Shown piece after piece: positions 63,000-64,000 of a stretch of DNA of 64,000 bases. The translations under genes were made by a program, and so were the position numbers. Below the pieces are notes generated by a model. The model was not told the DNA's origin and searched no databases. It saw only the letters and a program-made list of their open reading frames with translations. Origin of the DNA: Chrysemys picta bellii (taxonomy: Eukaryota); NCBI RefSeq assembly GCF_011386835.1, contig NC_088800.1, positions 78,120,001 to 78,184,000 of the forward strand. The letters run 5' to 3'. Every line of letters begins with the position of its first letter. Positions within the stretch are counted from its first letter, which is position 1.

Positions 63000-63120
63000 C
63001 TTAAAACGGCCTTTTGAGGTAAGTAAGTAACTATATTATTATTATTCCATTTTACTGATTGAGACTGAGGAACAAGGAGACTAAGTTATTTGCCCAGAAT
63101 TAACCAAATGAGTCAGTGAG
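63000..63120 (+). mobile_element. MIR/CORE-SINE remnant
   Basis: ATTATT.CCATTTTAC.GA...GA.ACTGAGG.ACA.G.AGA.TAAGT.A.TTGCCCA core. Confidence 0.6.
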
Positions 63121-64000
63121 TAAACATGTTCTTCACTTATGTTAGTTCATTGTTATTTAACTGAAATATAGAGCATATTATTCAAAACTCTGTTGCCTCT
63201 AAATCAATCACTTTCATATGTATACTTATCAAATTATGAAATAGCTATTTAAAGTTGCTTTCAAAATGATGGAGACAGTATTAAATTGAAACTTGAGCAA
63301 AATCAGCTAAATTCGAAAGCTGTTGCAGCATGTAGCAAAAGCTTAATCTGGAAGTGAAAATGAAACATCAAATGCATTTTTGCTGTTTTCAAAGACTACA
63401 AACCTTCCCCAGAGGAAACTTTAAAAATGTAGTTAAGCATACAGTGTATGAGGATGCTTTGTAAAATGAATACAAGATGATTATGTTAGTGATGTTAGCT
63501 AATTGTTAGTGAGGACAAATTTGTGTCCTGATCCTGTAAACATGCACATGAGTAATTTTATTCATTGGCGCTTGACTAATAAACTATGGTAATATATTTA
63601 CAAATAGCATTGGGAAAATCCAAGGAATACTTAGACTTGATTGGAATGTTTTATTTGACAATTTGATTAATGTATGTAGGTATATGGATGCTAGTATAGC
63701 ATCCACCTCTGTCATAATTTTTAAGAGTTATTTACCCCAAGAAGCACTGACTTTTTAAACAGCTTTCTTAAGGTTTAGAATGAATAATATTGAAAAGTAA
63801 AATACTAATGCTGGGGCTACTTGATACCCAATTACCTGAAAGAGCATCTTGTTCCCTGTGATATACTGCCATACTTGGGATCAGCAGAGAAACTTGAGCC
63901 GGAGTTCCCTCAATACAATAGAGATGAAATTGCTAGCAAGGCATTCTCTGTCAAGTGTCCTCCATTTTGAAAATTCCCCCTCCTCTCCCACCTGGTCTGC

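Overview
Vertebrate genomic DNA, very probably from a turtle. The assignment rests on a tRNA-head/CR1-tail tortoise-type SINE and on turtle-type CR1, Penelope, DIRS, Harbinger and hAT families recognised from memory, not by search. It is AT-rich intronic or intergenic sequence, and roughly 35-40% of it can be assigned by eye to transposable elements: CR1 (x2), RTE, an RTE-X/L2-like RT fragment, Vingi, two Penelope families (at least 10 insertions), DIRS, solo LTRs with clean TSDs, a Gmr1-type Gypsy gag with a tRNA-Leu PBS, and many hAT, Harbinger and Tigger MITEs. No host protein-coding gene could be recognised; only weak candidate exons are flagged. The only long intact ORF is a Penelope RT/GIY-YIG fragment (15904-17310, minus). 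Most other ORFs in the track are TE-derived or spurious. The most interesting signals are: (i) short Penelope insertions forming near-perfect hairpins with 9-14 bp TSDs, whose turn or truncation points cluster at a hammerhead-ribozyme-like motif; (ii) a 194-bp LTR-like element carrying a tRNA-Ala-like Pol III module; (iii) a fold-back duplication at the 5' end of the large Penelope; (iv) a possible very old hAT transposase fossil at about 8.2-9.5 kb.
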